Notes: generated by a model from the sequence alone, not told the origin. DNA of 64,000 nucleotides from Negativicutes bacterium (GCA_963665275.2 CAXXIN010000018.1:224001-288000); one strand, 5' to 3'; shown: positions 49,330 to 61,347, counted from the first letter of the stretch. A program made the numbers and translations.

Positions 49330-49725
49330 ATGACGATTACAGAGGTAAGCCAAAAATATGATCTGCCGCAAGATACGCTTCGCTATTATGAACGCATTGG
49401 ACTGCTTCCGCGCATGAATCGCAATAAAAGCGGCAACAGGGACTATACGGAGGAAAACTGCAAATGGATTGAATTCATCAAATGCATGCGGTCGGCAGGG
49501 ATGCCGATTGACGTATTGCTGGAGTATGTGGGGCTGTTCATGCAGGGAGATGCCACCATTGCAGCGCGCAAGGAACTGTTTGTCGAACAGCGCAGGCAGC
49601 TGGCGGCGCGCATGGAAGATATGCAAAAAACGCTGGACCGGCTGGATTATAAGATTGCGGAATATGAAAATGCCGTGGTCAGCAAAGAAAATGAATTGAA
49701 AAATCGGAGGCGACGCGCAATATGA
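49330..49725 (+). CDS. MerR-family regulator (AdhR-like)
   Basis: DTLRYYERIGLLP...G.RDY and IKCMRSAGM. Confidence 0.93.
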   Translation: MTITEVSQKYDLPQDTLRYYERIGLLPRMNRNKSGNRDYTEENCKWIEFIKCMRSAGMPIDVLLEYVGLFMQGDATIAARKELFVEQRRQLAARMEDMQKTLDRLDYKIAEYENAVVSKENELKNRRRRAI

Positions 49726-50877
49726 ATAAAAAATTGGGATTTGGGTTTATGCGGTTACCGCTACGGGACCCGAACGATTATGCGAACATTGATCTGGAAA
49801 CGTTGAATCAAATGGTCGACACTTTTTTGGCGAGAGGCTTCACCTATTTTGACACGGCCTATATGTATCACATGGGGCAGAGTGAGGTCGCGCTGCGCGA
49901 GGCGTTGGTGAAACGCCATCCGCGAGGCAGTTTCACGGTTACAACCAAACTGCCGACTATGATGCTGAAATCAAAAGAAGATCAGGAAAAAATCTTTGCC
50001 GAACAATTGGCAAAGTGCGGTGTGGATTATTTTGACTATTATCTACTGCATAATTTGGGGGTAGCCAATTACGAGACCGCCGAAAAATTCGGCAGCTTTG
50101 CCTTTGTCCAGCAAAAGAAACAGGAAGGGAAAATCAAAAAAATCGGTTTTTTCGTTCCACGATACGCCGGAGTTGCTGGACAAAATCCTGACCGCGCATC
50201 CGGAAGCGGAGTTCGTTCAGTTGCAGATCAACTATCTGGATTGGGATAGCGAAAGCATTCAGTCCCGCAAATGTTACGAAGTGGCCCGGAAACATCACAA
50301 GCCGGTGATTGTCATGGAGCCGGTCAAAGGCGGAATGCTGGCGAAGATTCCCGAAAAAGCGGAAGAATTGATGCAGGCCTATCATCCTGATATGTCCATC
50401 CCCTCCTGGGCCATCCGTTATGTGGCGAGCCACGAAGGAATCATGATGGTGCTGAGCGGGATGTCCACGCTGGAGCAGCTCTTGGATAATACCGGCTATA
50501 TGCAGGACTTCAAGCCGTTTGTCCAGGCTGAATACGACATCGTGCAGCAAGCGGTCGGCATCATCAACGAATCCATCGCGATTCCCTGCACAGCCTGCCA
50601 GTACTGCGAAAAGGGCTGTCCCAAACACATCGCCATCCCCAAATACTTCGCCTTGTACAACGCCGAAAAACAAGCCCCGCCTTCGCTTTTTTCCATTCAA
50701 CGGGTGTATTACGATAATTATTCCAAGACGCATGGCAAGGCGTCCGATTGCATCGGCTGCAAGCAATGTGAGGGCAGCTGTCCGCAGCATATCGAGATTG
50801 TCAATTGGCTAAAAGCTGTAGCCGAAACGTTCGAAACCGAGCTGCCGCCCCGCGTAGTGATACCCGATAATAAATGA
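49722..50877 (+). CDS. aldo/keto reductase with C-terminal 2x[4Fe-4S] domain (+1 frameshift in T run at ~50150)
   Basis: [17 protein letters not shown]|[19 protein letters not shown] and [13 protein letters not shown]. Confidence 0.88.
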
Positions 50878-51788
50878 AATTAAACCGCCTCTTTGAAATC
50901 GCCACGATTTTGTTGAATAAGGGCTCCATTACCGCCAAAGAGCTCGCTGAACGGTTCGGGGTTTCGACCCGGACAATTTATCGGGATGTTGACGTGCTTT
51001 CGTCTGCGGGTATGCCTGTATATATGAACAAAGGCAATGGCGGAGGCATATATCTGCTGGATAATTATGCGGTAGCCCGAACGCTTATCTCCGAGCAGGA
51101 AAGCGAAAATTTGCTGTTGGCGATCCAAACTATGCAGGCAACGCAGTACCCCGAACTGGATACGGTACTGGAAAAAATGGGGTCAATTTTCAAGAAGGCG
51201 GCTGCCAATGATTGGGTGGAGGTAGATTTTTCACCCTGGGGGAGTATGCCGAATGAAAATAACAAGTTCACCGATATTAAACGGGCCATGCTGGGGCGGC
51301 GCGTCATTCGGTTCGAATATGTCAACGCGACGGGGCGTAAGAGTATTCGACTGGCCGAGCCCGAAAAGCTGGTTTTCAAGGACAACGCGTGGTATTTGCG
51401 GGCTTTTTGCCGGGAACGTCAGGCGCACAGATCTTTTCGGATTTCACGCATCAAGAAGCTGGAAATCACGACGGAGCTTTTTGAGCAGAAACAAGCGCCT
51501 GCGGGAGAGGGAAAAGCTGCGCCCCGGTATGATTCAGAGACGCTCATTCCCCTGAAGCTTCGCTTTCATGCCAGTGTCGTGAATCGGCTATATGATTATT
51601 TTGACGATGCGTTTGTTACTCCTGGCGGCGATGGTAGTTTCATTTTGGAGGTAGCGCTGCCGCCAGGGGAATGGATTTACAGCTACATTCTTTCCTTTGG
51701 GCAGTATGTGGAAGTGCTGGAGCCGGAATCGGTGAAAAAATCTATTGCCCAGCGTATGAAAGAAGCGCTGAAATTCTATGAGCCCTGA
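50874..51788 (+). CDS. YafY-family HTH-WYL regulator
   Basis: [24 protein letters not shown]...R.FRISRI and VEVLEP. Confidence 0.92.
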   Translation: MKLNRLFEIATILLNKGSITAKELAERFGVSTRTIYRDVDVLSSAGMPVYMNKGNGGGIYLLDNYAVARTLISEQESENLLLAIQTMQATQYPELDTVLEKMGSIFKKAAANDWVEVDFSPWGSMPNENNKFTDIKRAMLGRRVIRFEYVNATGRKSIRLAEPEKLVFKDNAWYLRAFCRERQAHRSFRISRIKKLEITTELFEQKQAPAGEGKAAPRYDSETLIPLKLRFHASVVNRLYDYFDDAFVTPGGDGSFILEVALPPGEWIYSYILSFGQYVEVLEPESVKKSIAQRMKEALKFYEP

Positions 51789-51858
51789 CTCAAATATGAC
51801 ATACCTATGTCTTATTTCCATGGTTATAATGAACCAAAAGGTATAAGGGGGTTTGGCA

Positions 51859-52692
51859 ATGGCTATGGATTTTATTCAAGTCGATCAGGCGAAATGTACG
51901 CGCTGCGGCATCTGTGCCGAAGTTTGTCCGGGGGTTATCGGGATGGGGGGGAAAACGGGCCGCAGGTCATACGGGATCTTTGCGTGAGCTGTGGACAGTG
52001 TGTGGCGGTTTGTCCCCACGGGGCGCTCGATAACGCCAACGCGCCGCTGGATACGCAAGTGGCGCGGGATCGGGCGACGGATATTCGCGAAGAGGCGGCG
52101 GCGCAGTTTTTGCGCTCGCGCCGGTCTGTCCGCAATTATCGGTCCCAAGCGGTACCACGGGAGACGATCAGGAAAGTTCTCGATATTGCCCCGCCTGGCG
52201 CCTACGGCCTGCAATTCACAAGGCGTCGCTTACCATGTGGTGGATGACCCCGCGACCTTGCGCCGGATTGCCTCTGCGGTCATTGATTGGGTGGAAGGGG
52301 AACTCACGAACTCTCTCGCCATGGCTGCATCCAAGTATGCTCCTCATACCTGGATGATGGTGGAGATTTATCGCCAATCCGGGGAAGATACAGTCCTGCG
52401 TTCGGCGTCTTGCTTGATCGTGGCGATTGCGGATAAAGACGCGGCTCTTGCCGGCCGGGATAATGCTTATTTGTCACTGGCCTATTCGCAGTTGTTTGCC
52501 ACCTCGATGGGGCTGGGAACGTGCTGGGCCGGGCTGTTCGAGTATTGCGCCGCCGCCGGGTATGAACCGCTAATGCGGCTGCTGAACTTACCGCAGGATA
52601 TGCGGGTGGTCGGCGGAATGATGCTGGGCTATCCGAAGTATGAGTATTACCGGCTGGTCGAGAGAAATCCGCTGCAGGTTACCTGGCAATAA
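51859..52692 (+). CDS. nitroreductase with N-terminal ferredoxin domain (frameshifts at ~51948 and ~52190)
   Basis: CTRCGICAEVCP, CVSCGQCVAVCP, RRSVRNY, APTACNSQ and GLGTCWAG. The upstream dyad atatgacatacctatgtcttat (~51794-51815) may be the YafY operator. Confidence 0.85.
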
Positions 52693-52741
52693 AGCTGATG
52701 CTTCGGCAAATTGCCGCGGCAGTTGAGAAAAAAACAGATAG

Positions 52742-53585
52742 GTGGAGAATGAATTGGGGAAAACTGTAATCGATTTTCATGTTCATCTGGCCAAGTACGA
52801 AGTCTGTACCGAGAGCGCCTATGAGTGGTTCGCGCAAGCTTTTGCTTCGCCGGAGGCATATCATGATTTTTGCCACAAATATCAGCAGGCGGATAATTTT
52901 CTGGCCTTGATGGATGAAAATGGTGTCGATTATTCCGTGGTGTTGGCGGAGGTCGCACCGCTGACGACTGGGATTGCCACCAATGAAATGGTGGCGGATT
53001 TTTGCGGGGGGAATCCGCGTCTCATTCCTTTTTGCACGTTTAATCCGTTTCAGGATTCCAACATGGGGGAACAGTTGTCAACACTGGTGACGCGTCAAGG
53101 CTTTAAGGGCGTGAAGCTCTATCCCACCTACAACTATTTTTACCCCAATGATCTCTGCTCTTTATCCGCTCTATGCCGTTGCGGAAAAACTGGAGATCCC
53201 CATTTTGTTTCACACCGGTTCTTCGGTTTTCAAAAATTCCCGTATCAAGTATGGGAATCCTATTTTTTACGATGATGTCGCAGTGGACTTCCCCAATTTG
53301 AAAATCGTGATGGCTCATGGCGGTAGGGGCCCTTGGTATGATGAGGCTTTTGTCATGGCTCGCCTCCATCAAAATGTCTACATTGATGCCACAGGCTTGC
53401 CTCCCCAAAAACTGTTGACTTATTTTCCAGATATGGAGCGTCTGGCCCATAAATTTATCTTTGGCACGGATTGGCCGAGTGTTGATGTGAAGAAAAACAT
53501 TGATTTGGTGCGTCAGTTGCCGATAACTGCCCAAGCGATCGATCAAATTCTCGGCGAAAATGCCAAACAGGTCTTGGGACTATAG
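52742..53585 (+). CDS. amidohydrolase_2 family protein (frameshift at ~53155)
   Basis: IDFHVH, GVKLYP, FHTG, MAHGG and FGTDWP. Confidence 0.85.
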
Positions 53586-53610
53586 GCGAAAGCACCTTCT
53601 ATGCTCCGCT

Positions 53611-54490
53611 TTAAGAGAAAAGCAGTTTCAGATATTGGTTCAAAATTGCCAGACTTCCTGTTTACTGTCGGCTTGGGATGTTTGTGCGTGAGCTTATAAC
53701 AGGTCCTCACCGGCGGCGCTTCCCATAGCTCTTGAATGACGAAACGGCCCGACTGAACGAACGCAGTGGCTACCGATTTTGGGACGATACTCCATTGCCG
53801 GGCATCTTGCATGAGCGAGAAAATCAACCCGGCAGTGTCAACCGGAATACGGGTTGGCGAGAAGGGGTCCCACCAGCGGTCATGCCATAGTTGGTAAGTC
53901 GGGCTCCAATTCATGTAGATTTCGTAGTCGCTTTTGAGAGACTCCGGGGTCGCCGCCTCCAGTGCGGAGTTTTTGGGCGTTGCTGTCCGGATCAACACCA
54001 TTTCGTCGATGAAGAAAGGCTCCACGAGTATATTCGGCACGGTTCGCTCCATCTTGACGAAGGCGACATCGACCTCGCGGCGTTCGATGGTATCATAGAG
54101 TTCTACCGAGTGTTGCGTGCGCAACCGCAGTCGCAGTCGCGGCGCATGCCGACTCAGCGCACAATAAAGCTGGGGCAGTACGTAGGTGTTGATGCTGTTC
54201 GAACCGGCGAGTGAGAGGCTAAGCTGCACGCCTCCGGCCTGCATGATTTCGATTTCCCGTTTTAACGAACTCCAGCGCTCGGCTATCGTGACGAAATTTT
54301 CGCCGAAAGGGGTCAGCGTAACGGCCTGAACTCCTTGGCTGCGCTCGATCAGCGTGGCGCCCAGCTCCTGCTCCAGCGTTTTCAGCCGATAACTGACTGT
54401 CGCCTGGGACAGATGCAAGAGGTCGGCGGCCTTGATCAGGCTATGGGTTTGCAAAATGGCCAGAAAAGCGTCAATTCCCGCAACGTACAT
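53611..54490 (-). CDS. LysR-family regulator (probable +1 frameshift near the 3' end, ~53660)
   Basis: AADLLHLSQATVSYRLKTLEQELG and LTPFG. The alternative frame gives SLAILNQYLKLLFS*. Confidence 0.88.
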
Positions 54491-54626
54491 GATTTTCTCC
54501 TTCATATAGAATATTTCGATAGGATAAGCCAAATTAATTTGTTTTACATTTGCGCTTTCTATATTTAAAATTAACATGAAGTTGATCGAAAATCAACTAA
54601 CCCCAGGAATATAGGGAGAGCATAAT

Positions 54627-55820
54627 TTGAGTAGTCAAACGGATGCGAATAAACGGCAGGTCATTGTCATTTCATTGCTTACGGCGGCTTGCTTGCTGGG
54701 CGATTCGATGCTCTACATCGTGTTGCCGATACACTGGCAAGCAGTGGGGCTGGCTTCACTCTGGGAAGTGGGGATCTTGTTGTCGGTCAACCGCATGGTG
54801 CGATTGCCGCTGAATCCGCTGGTCGGCTGGCTCTATGGCAGGATGAGCAGCCGAAGCGGCATTATTTTTGCGGGAGTGCTGGCGACGTGTACGACGCTGT
54901 CGTATGCGTGGATTAACGGGTTCGCTTGGTGGCTCTTAGCGCGATGCGTGTGGGGAGTGGCCTGGACTTTTTTGCGGCTGGGCGCGTACTTTACCATTTT
55001 GGAAGCGGCGGGGGAACAGAACCGCGGGCATTACATGGGGATGTATAACGGCCTTTACCGGTTGGGCAGCTTGGTTGGTATGCTCACAGGCGGCTTTTTG
55101 GCCGACCGCTTCGGTATCGGCGTCACGGCTACTTTGTTTGGCTGTGCGACCCTTCTGGCGATTCCGTTTGCGTATCGGCTGATTCCCGCAGCCAACGCGC
55201 ATGTGGAAGTTGAGAAAAAGCCGGTGGAGTTGTCGACGCTTTGGAATGCGAACGTGGTGTGGACGCTATTGACAGGCCTGGTGCTGGCGATGGTCTATCA
55301 GGGGACTTTTACCGCGAGTCTTAGCTATTTGATTCAGGTTCACTATTCTTCACCGCTTCTGCTGTTCGGCATGTCGGTGGGCGCCGCGTCCCTGGCCGGT
55401 ACCCTGCAGGCGCTTCGGTGGAGCTGGGAGCCGTGGCTGGCGCCGTGGTTCGGCAAATTATCCGATGGCAAGTTGAGTCGCCAAGCTTTGTTGACGACAA
55501 CGTTGCTGCTGGCGGCGGTGCTGTTCGCCGTCATCCCTTTGCAAATGCCGCTGGAGCCTTGGCTGATCTTAATCATGCTGATTCTCTTGACGGCGACGAT
55601 CCTGACGACGATTATCGATGCCATCGCCTGTGATGTCGCGTTCGGCTGCCCGGCCAAGGCGTTCATGACGGCCTATTCCTTTGCGATCGACATCGGCGCG
55701 GCCCTCGGCCCGTTGATTGGCTATGCGCTGAATGATATAGTAGGACCACACGCCATTTATTGGGCATTTGCCTGCGGCCTGTCTCTTTTGGCGGTCAAAT
55801 GGTTTGCGTGGGCGAAATGA
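54627..55820 (+). CDS. MFS transporter
   Basis: LLGDSMLY, LLSVNRMVR, GFLADRFG and DIGAALGP. Confidence 0.88.
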   Translation: MSSQTDANKRQVIVISLLTAACLLGDSMLYIVLPIHWQAVGLASLWEVGILLSVNRMVRLPLNPLVGWLYGRMSSRSGIIFAGVLATCTTLSYAWINGFAWWLLARCVWGVAWTFLRLGAYFTILEAAGEQNRGHYMGMYNGLYRLGSLVGMLTGGFLADRFGIGVTATLFGCATLLAIPFAYRLIPAANAHVEVEKKPVELSTLWNANVVWTLLTGLVLAMVYQGTFTASLSYLIQVHYSSPLLLFGMSVGAASLAGTLQALRWSWEPWLAPWFGKLSDGKLSRQALLTTTLLLAAVLFAVIPLQMPLEPWLILIMLILLTATILTTIIDAIACDVAFGCPAKAFMTAYSFAIDIGAALGPLIGYALNDIVGPHAIYWAFACGLSLLAVKWFAWAK

Positions 55821-55837
55821 TGGGAGGTTTTTAACCA

Positions 55838-57102
55838 TGGCGATTGTACAAACTTCGTATTCTGTTTCTTCTGAGGTTCAAGGCGTCTATGATCAACTCA
55901 CGTCTAGCGAACAGGTTCGACAGGCGTTGGATTTTTTGCGCAGCGACGCGGACGCTACGCTGGCCGACCAAAAAATCATCACGGAAATTCCGGCACCTCC
56001 TTTTCAGGAGCAGGAGCGGGCGGCGTATTATTTGCAGCGACTGACGGAGCTGGGGTTGCAGGATGCGGCGATGGACAGCGAAGGCAATGTCATGGGGGTT
56101 TATAAAGGGCGCGGCGTCGGGCCGACAGTGTTTGTGTCCGCCCATTTGGATACCGTTTTTCCGGCAGGTACGGCTATCTCCGTTACCGAAAAAAACGGGC
56201 GTCTCTATGCGCCGGGGATTTCGGATGATGCGCGGGGGCTGGCCACGATTCTGTCGGTGATCCGCGCACTGCGCGCAGCAGGCATAGAGACTGCGGGTGA
56301 TATTGTGTTCGGCGGGGATGTGGGCGAGGAGGGCCTCGGAGATCTGCGCGGCGTCAAGGCCTTTTTTCGCGACAATCCGGACATTGACGGATTTATTACG
56401 GTGGATGGGACGAGCCACGGCATCATCACCTATCTGGCCACAGGCAGCCGGCGCTTTGAAGTCACCTATCAAGGTTCAGGCGGACATAGTTTTAAAGAAT
56501 TCGGGATTCCCAGCGCGATTCATGCCTTGGGCCGGGCGATAGCGAAAATCGCGGAGCTGACGGTGCCGCAGCAGCCGAAGACGACCTTTACCGTGGGAAC
56601 CATTACCGGTGGGACTTCAGTCAATTCTATCGCCGCGATGGCTTCCATGTTGGTGGATATGCGCTCGGACAGCCCGGAGGAGCTGCGGAAATTGGAAGAA
56701 GCTTTATTGGTGCTTGTTCGAGAGGCAAATGACGAGGAAAATGCCCGCTGGAATAGCCAGGAACTTACGGTGGAATTGAAATTGGTGGGGGATCGACCGG
56801 CAGGCCAGCAAAGCGTGGATGCGCCGATCGTGCAGGCTGCCTATGCCGCGACAGTCGCGCTGGGGGAGACGCCGGAATTAAGTCCGGCGAGCAGCACCGA
56901 CGCTAACCTGCCGTTGAGTCTGGGGATTCCTTCGCTCCGTTTGGGTGGTGGCGGCGTCGACGGCAAGAATCACTCGCCGGAGGAATGGTTTGATCCAACG
57001 AACGCTTATTTGGGACCGCAAAAAGTTCTCTTGACGCTTCTGGGACTGGTCGGTCTGGCTGGGGGTCCGCAGCCGCTGCTGTCGGTGCGAAAAAAAAGAT
57101 AG
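55838..57102 (+). CDS. M20/M25/M40 metallopeptidase
   Basis: SAHLDTVF, PGISDD, GEEGLGDL, GGHS, STDAN and HSPEEW. Confidence 0.9.
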
Positions 57103-57219
57103 CCACGTGAGCTGACTAAGACGGATCAAGTTTTTGCCGCCACCATCACCGCTGACAGAGAATATGAAATTTCTTTATCGATAGCTGCCACTCGCATTTA
57201 CTTAGTTTGTCTAACCTCG

Positions 57220-57299
57220 TTGACAAATGAACATACTGTTATATAATTTACATAAATATCCCATGGCAATGAAGCCTTCGCAAAATGCGGAGGCTTTTT
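57220..57299 (+). promoter_or_regulatory. promoter plus ANTAR-like hairpin overlapping a leader terminator
   Basis: TTGACA-16-TATAAT, then GGC-AATGAA-GCC overlapping aagccttcgca-aaa-tgcggaggctt and a T run. Confidence 0.55.
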
Positions 57300-57397
57300 C
57301 TGTACCCCAAAATACTGAGAAGAAAAGAGGGCTGTGCTAATCGAATTGAATGTTTGGGGAAGTTTGCGAAAGAATAATGAGACGAGGAGTGTTAATC

Positions 57398-58762
57398 ATG
57401 CCTGAGAATCAATATTCACCATCAGTTCAAATTGCTGCAAGATTGGATAGGTTGCCCTTAGCCAGAGTTCATTACAAATTGTTGCTGATCCACGGATGTG
57501 CCTGGGCTTTTGATGCGTTTGACGTTGGCTTGGTTACTTTTATTGCAACCGCACTTATTCAAGATTGGCATTTAAACCCTGCCCAAGTCGGAATTTTGCT
57601 GAGCTCAGGTCTCGTCGGCATGATGGTTGGTGCATTTCTGTCAGGTCCGATTGCTGACCGTTTTGGTCGAAAGACGGTATTCCAGTCCACGATGCTGATC
57701 TTCTCCCTGGCATCTCTGGCTTGTGCGGCTGCCTGGGATTTTAATTCTCTGATCTTCTTCCGCTTTTTGGTCGGTGTGGGCCTGGGCGGAGAAACTCCGG
57801 CCGTTACAGCTCTAATGGGAGAGTTTATTCCGGCGAAGGATCGCGGCAAGGTGCAAGGGTTGCTGAATACTTTCTGGGCAGTAGGTTGGCTCGCAGCGGC
57901 TGGTTTATCCTATTTCGTCATACCCGGACTTGAGAACGGTTGGCGCTGGGCCTTTGTCGGCGGAGCCGTACCAGCATTCTATGTATGGGTTGTCCGTAGA
58001 CATTTGCCGGAATCTCCGCGTTGGCTGGCGGTCCACGGTAAATCGGAAAAAGCGTTGGCCATCGTGGATCAGATTGAATCGGAAGTTGCCCAAACCAAGA
58101 CAATTCCGCCGTTGACAGAAGAAAATCTGAAAGCGGTTTTGGTTGAAGGCAAGACGTCTGTCAGCAAACTGTTTTCTCCGGAATATCTGCGCACTACGTT
58201 GATGCTGTGGGCACTTTGGTTTTTGGGAATGTTCGGTTACTATGGCCTGTTTGCCTGGATGCCTTCACTATTGGTTAAAGCCGGTCACAGCATGGTAAAA
58301 TCTTTCTTGTATGTGGTTATCATGCAGGCGGCCTATATTCCCAACCAAATCCTTTGCGCCTACGGGATGGACAAATTTGGGCGCAAGAAACTTTTGACGA
58401 TGAACCTGTTGATGGCGGCGCTTTCCGCTCTGGTGTTCGGATGGGCGCTGGGTATTGGCGGTTTGGCCATCGCGCAGGTAGTTGCGTTGGGAGTAGTGAC
58501 GTCCTTCTTTGTTTCAGGAATCTGGGGAATTACATATACCTATACGCCTGAACTTTATCCCACAAGCATCAGGGTGACAGGCACCAGTTTGGCGGCGACC
58601 TGGTCGCGGGTTGGTTCCATGCTGGCCCCGCTGGTCATTGGTTTTGCACTGAATTCAGTCGGAGTCTCCGGCGCCATTGCCATAGTGGCCGCTGCGTTTG
58701 CACTGGGTGGGGTGATCGTGGCGATATGGGGCATTGAAACAAAAGGACGAACTCTGAAATAA
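57398..58762 (+). CDS. MFS transporter (metabolite:H+ symporter)
   Basis: ARLDRLP, ADRFGRK, GVGLGGE, PESPRWL, ELYPTSIR and ETKGRTL. Confidence 0.92.
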   Translation: MPENQYSPSVQIAARLDRLPLARVHYKLLLIHGCAWAFDAFDVGLVTFIATALIQDWHLNPAQVGILLSSGLVGMMVGAFLSGPIADRFGRKTVFQSTMLIFSLASLACAAAWDFNSLIFFRFLVGVGLGGETPAVTALMGEFIPAKDRGKVQGLLNTFWAVGWLAAAGLSYFVIPGLENGWRWAFVGGAVPAFYVWVVRRHLPESPRWLAVHGKSEKALAIVDQIESEVAQTKTIPPLTEENLKAVLVEGKTSVSKLFSPEYLRTTLMLWALWFLGMFGYYGLFAWMPSLLVKAGHSMVKSFLYVVIMQAAYIPNQILCAYGMDKFGRKKLLTMNLLMAALSALVFGWALGIGGLAIAQVVALGVVTSFFVSGIWGITYTYTPELYPTSIRVTGTSLAATWSRVGSMLAPLVIGFALNSVGVSGAIAIVAAAFALGGVIVAIWGIETKGRTLK

Positions 58763-58963
58763 AATCACTTAGAAGATGCTTGTCTCAGCAAAAATTCATC
58801 AATCAAGCTGGTACTTAGGTGGAAATAATGGTAAAGTATTATTGTAACATCCCAATAATTCGTGAAATTAATGGTTGTTACGTTTGCGGATATTCGCGTG
58901 GCAATGCTTGCGACTCGAACACCGCTCCATATACCCAATAATAAAGATTAAGGAGAGAAAAGA

Positions 58964-59608
58964 ATGAACAAAAGACTTAAATCCTGTTTCGCATTCATGG
59001 TGGCGGTTTTGCTATTTGCATCAATGTCGCCTGCAATGGCGTCGGTTCCGGAGAAACTTCCCCAACCCGACGGAATTTTGGTTGATGATGTGATTCAAAA
59101 TCAATTCACTGTTCAATTTGTAGGAGAAATTCCTGATCCGAATGATGATACCGATCAAGTCATGGATGGAACTTCAGGTATGGTCACCCATAATATCCGA
59201 CAAGCTATCCTCAAAGATAAGACCGGGCATGAAGAAACTATCAAGCTAGGTAAAGAAGTTAAAAACTATGACCAGATCAAAAAAGATGATATCGTTACAA
59301 TCCGTGTAGAAAGACGAGTGGCATTCTTCGTTGGAAAAGACGAACTCGTTCCAGGGTCGGGTGATAAGACCACTAAGTATTCTGCGCCCAAAGGTTCAAA
59401 GCCGGGCTACGTTGAAGTGAAAGAATCGTTTCTTACATTGGCAATCATGAAACTCGATGCAGCCAAGAAAGAAGTGACTGTCAAATTGCCGGACAAAACG
59501 ATCAAGACGGTTGTTACACCAAAACTTGATTTTTCATTGCTGAAAGTCGGCCAAAATGTAATTGTACAGGTAGTGAGCGAACAAAGCATTGCCGTTACAA
59601 CTCCATAA
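58964..59608 (+). CDS. exported hypothetical protein
   Basis: AGGAG RBS, signal peptide ending AMA and beta-rich repeats. Confidence 0.7.
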   Translation: MNKRLKSCFAFMVAVLLFASMSPAMASVPEKLPQPDGILVDDVIQNQFTVQFVGEIPDPNDDTDQVMDGTSGMVTHNIRQAILKDKTGHEETIKLGKEVKNYDQIKKDDIVTIRVERRVAFFVGKDELVPGSGDKTTKYSAPKGSKPGYVEVKESFLTLAIMKLDAAKKEVTVKLPDKTIKTVVTPKLDFSLLKVGQNVIVQVVSEQSIAVTTP

Positions 59609-59721
59609 CAAGCCGAAAAATCTGCCTCCACCCTGTAAAAGGGGAGACGCTGCAAGTATTTGCAGCGTTTTTCTTTTCGCCGGTAAACTTTTCATGTCGA
59701 TTGAGAGACGGATAACATCAA

Positions 59722-60180
59722 TCAATTGCGTAGATTGATCCGCACGGCGCGGCGCTCTTTGAGCACATAGCAGCCTGCCACGGAAACTGCTCGCGGCGTA
59801 AGGGCCGTGAATACAGCGGTGTTGGTAGGAACACTATATTCCACATGAAAATCCGCGGCGCCGTCCAGATCAAAATCGATATCTTCACTGATCGTTTCCG
59901 GCAAGGATTTTAACGGCGAAAAATCGAGCTGCACGAACCCTTCGGAGCGTTGACCGATGAGCGCGTCGAAAACGGCGCGGTGTTGCAGGGTTTGATACGA
60001 ACCGTGGTCAATGGTGCGGACGATTTCGCCGCCGGTAAACCAAGGGGAAATTTTCAGACCGGTGACATCGATCAGCTTGTGCGAAAAAAATTTCATACCA
60101 AGAAAAGTGGCTAAAGCGATGATAATCGTGAGTGCGGCTGCGGTATAGCCGAAAAATGTACGTAGGCGCATGGTGAACAT
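59722..60180 (-). CDS. membrane-anchored hypothetical protein
   Basis: AGGAGG RBS and an N-terminal TM helix. Confidence 0.65.
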   Translation of the reverse strand: MFTMRLRTFFGYTAAALTIIIALATFLGMKFFSHKLIDVTGLKISPWFTGGEIVRTIDHGSYQTLQHRAVFDALIGQRSEGFVQLDFSPLKSLPETISEDIDFDLDGAADFHVEYSVPTNTAVFTALTPRAVSVAGCYVLKERRAVRINLRN

Positions 60181-60192
60181 CGCCTCCTTTTC

Positions 60193-61347
60193 TTAATGGA
60201 GCATGCTGCCGGTGAAGAACAGGCGAAAAATTCGTTCCAAGCCGCCATAAATGCAGCCACCGCCGATCACTGCGGCAAAGGTAAAGGCCGGGTAGAGAAA
60301 CAGGGTTCTCGCCGTCTGCAAGTTGACATTCAAAGGCGTACCTTTGATGTGGAAAGCGATGGCGCCTTTGGGACAGGTGTCGATGCATTTTCCGCACTTG
60401 GTGCAGGAGAAGCGCGTTTTTCCTGCCTGCAGGCTTTGTTTATCGATGCTGAAAGTGGGGCAGCTTTTCAGGCAAAGTCGGCAATTTACACATTCGGCGC
60501 GATTGATCCGTACTTCAAATACATTCAGTTTGTTGAAGAGCGACTGAAAAGCGCCGAAGGGGCAGAACAGTCCGCATTGGATGCGGCGGCCGGTAAGTAT
60601 CGGCAGGGTGACGACCAGACCGAGGAACAGGGAAACGAAGATGAAGGCCTGCAACGCTGTTTTCACGGATTGAATCGCCGGAAATTCGGTGACGGTCTTG
60701 AAGGGGCACAGCCAGGCGCAGTAGGTGGGCGACAGAGTGGCGGCGGAAGTCAATACGATTCCCAGCAGGACGGCCCACGGCAGGTACGTCCATTTTTTAT
60801 TGATGGCAGTGATTTTTGGTTGACGGCAGAGATGGGAAAAGCCTTCATCCATGCCGCCGAAAAAACAGATCCAACTGCACCAGCCACGCCCGACTGCGAG
60901 CGAAAATCCCAGCCACAGCACAATTCCGCTGGCGATACCGGCATAGGAAGCGAAGAAAGAGCCGGGGAAAATAATCGTATTCGTCAGAGCCGCCGGGATG
61001 ATGAGCATCGGGATGACTAAGGGACAGAGCGGAGTTTCGCCGTCAAGCATATTGGCGGGAGATAGTTCCATGGTTCCCCGGACTTCAATGAGGTTGGCGA
61101 TGAATGAGACGATGAAGAGCAGGGAGACGAGGATGAAAAAACGGGAACGGTATTTGTGGGTCTGACCGGTGTAAATCATACTGAAAAAAGTGGCGTTGAC
61201 CACGCAATAGGTGATCAAAGCAGGCAAAATCTTCGCCGGGGTGGAGAGCTGTTTGCCGTAGAGCAGAAACAGGGCGGTGATGAGTGCCATCGGCAGAGCG
61301 ATGAGTATTGCCCGACTCAAACCGATTTTTTGATTGCAAGTCGTCAT
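60193..61347 (-). CDS. polytopic membrane 4Fe-4S protein (NapH/YccM-like)
   Basis: GRGWCSWICFFG, CAWLCP, CGLFCPFG, CVNCRLCLKSCP and CTKCGKCIDTCP. Confidence 0.85.
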   Translation of the reverse strand: MTTCNQKIGLSRAILIALPMALITALFLLYGKQLSTPAKILPALITYCVVNATFFSMIYTGQTHKYRSRFFILVSLLFIVSFIANLIEVRGTMELSPANMLDGETPLCPLVIPMLIIPAALTNTIIFPGSFFASYAGIASGIVLWLGFSLAVGRGWCSWICFFGGMDEGFSHLCRQPKITAINKKWTYLPWAVLLGIVLTSAATLSPTYCAWLCPFKTVTEFPAIQSVKTALQAFIFVSLFLGLVVTLPILTGRRIQCGLFCPFGAFQSLFNKLNVFEVRINRAECVNCRLCLKSCPTFSIDKQSLQAGKTRFSCTKCGKCIDTCPKGAIAFHIKGTPLNVNLQTARTLFLYPAFTFAAVIGGGCIYGGLERIFRLFFTGSMLH

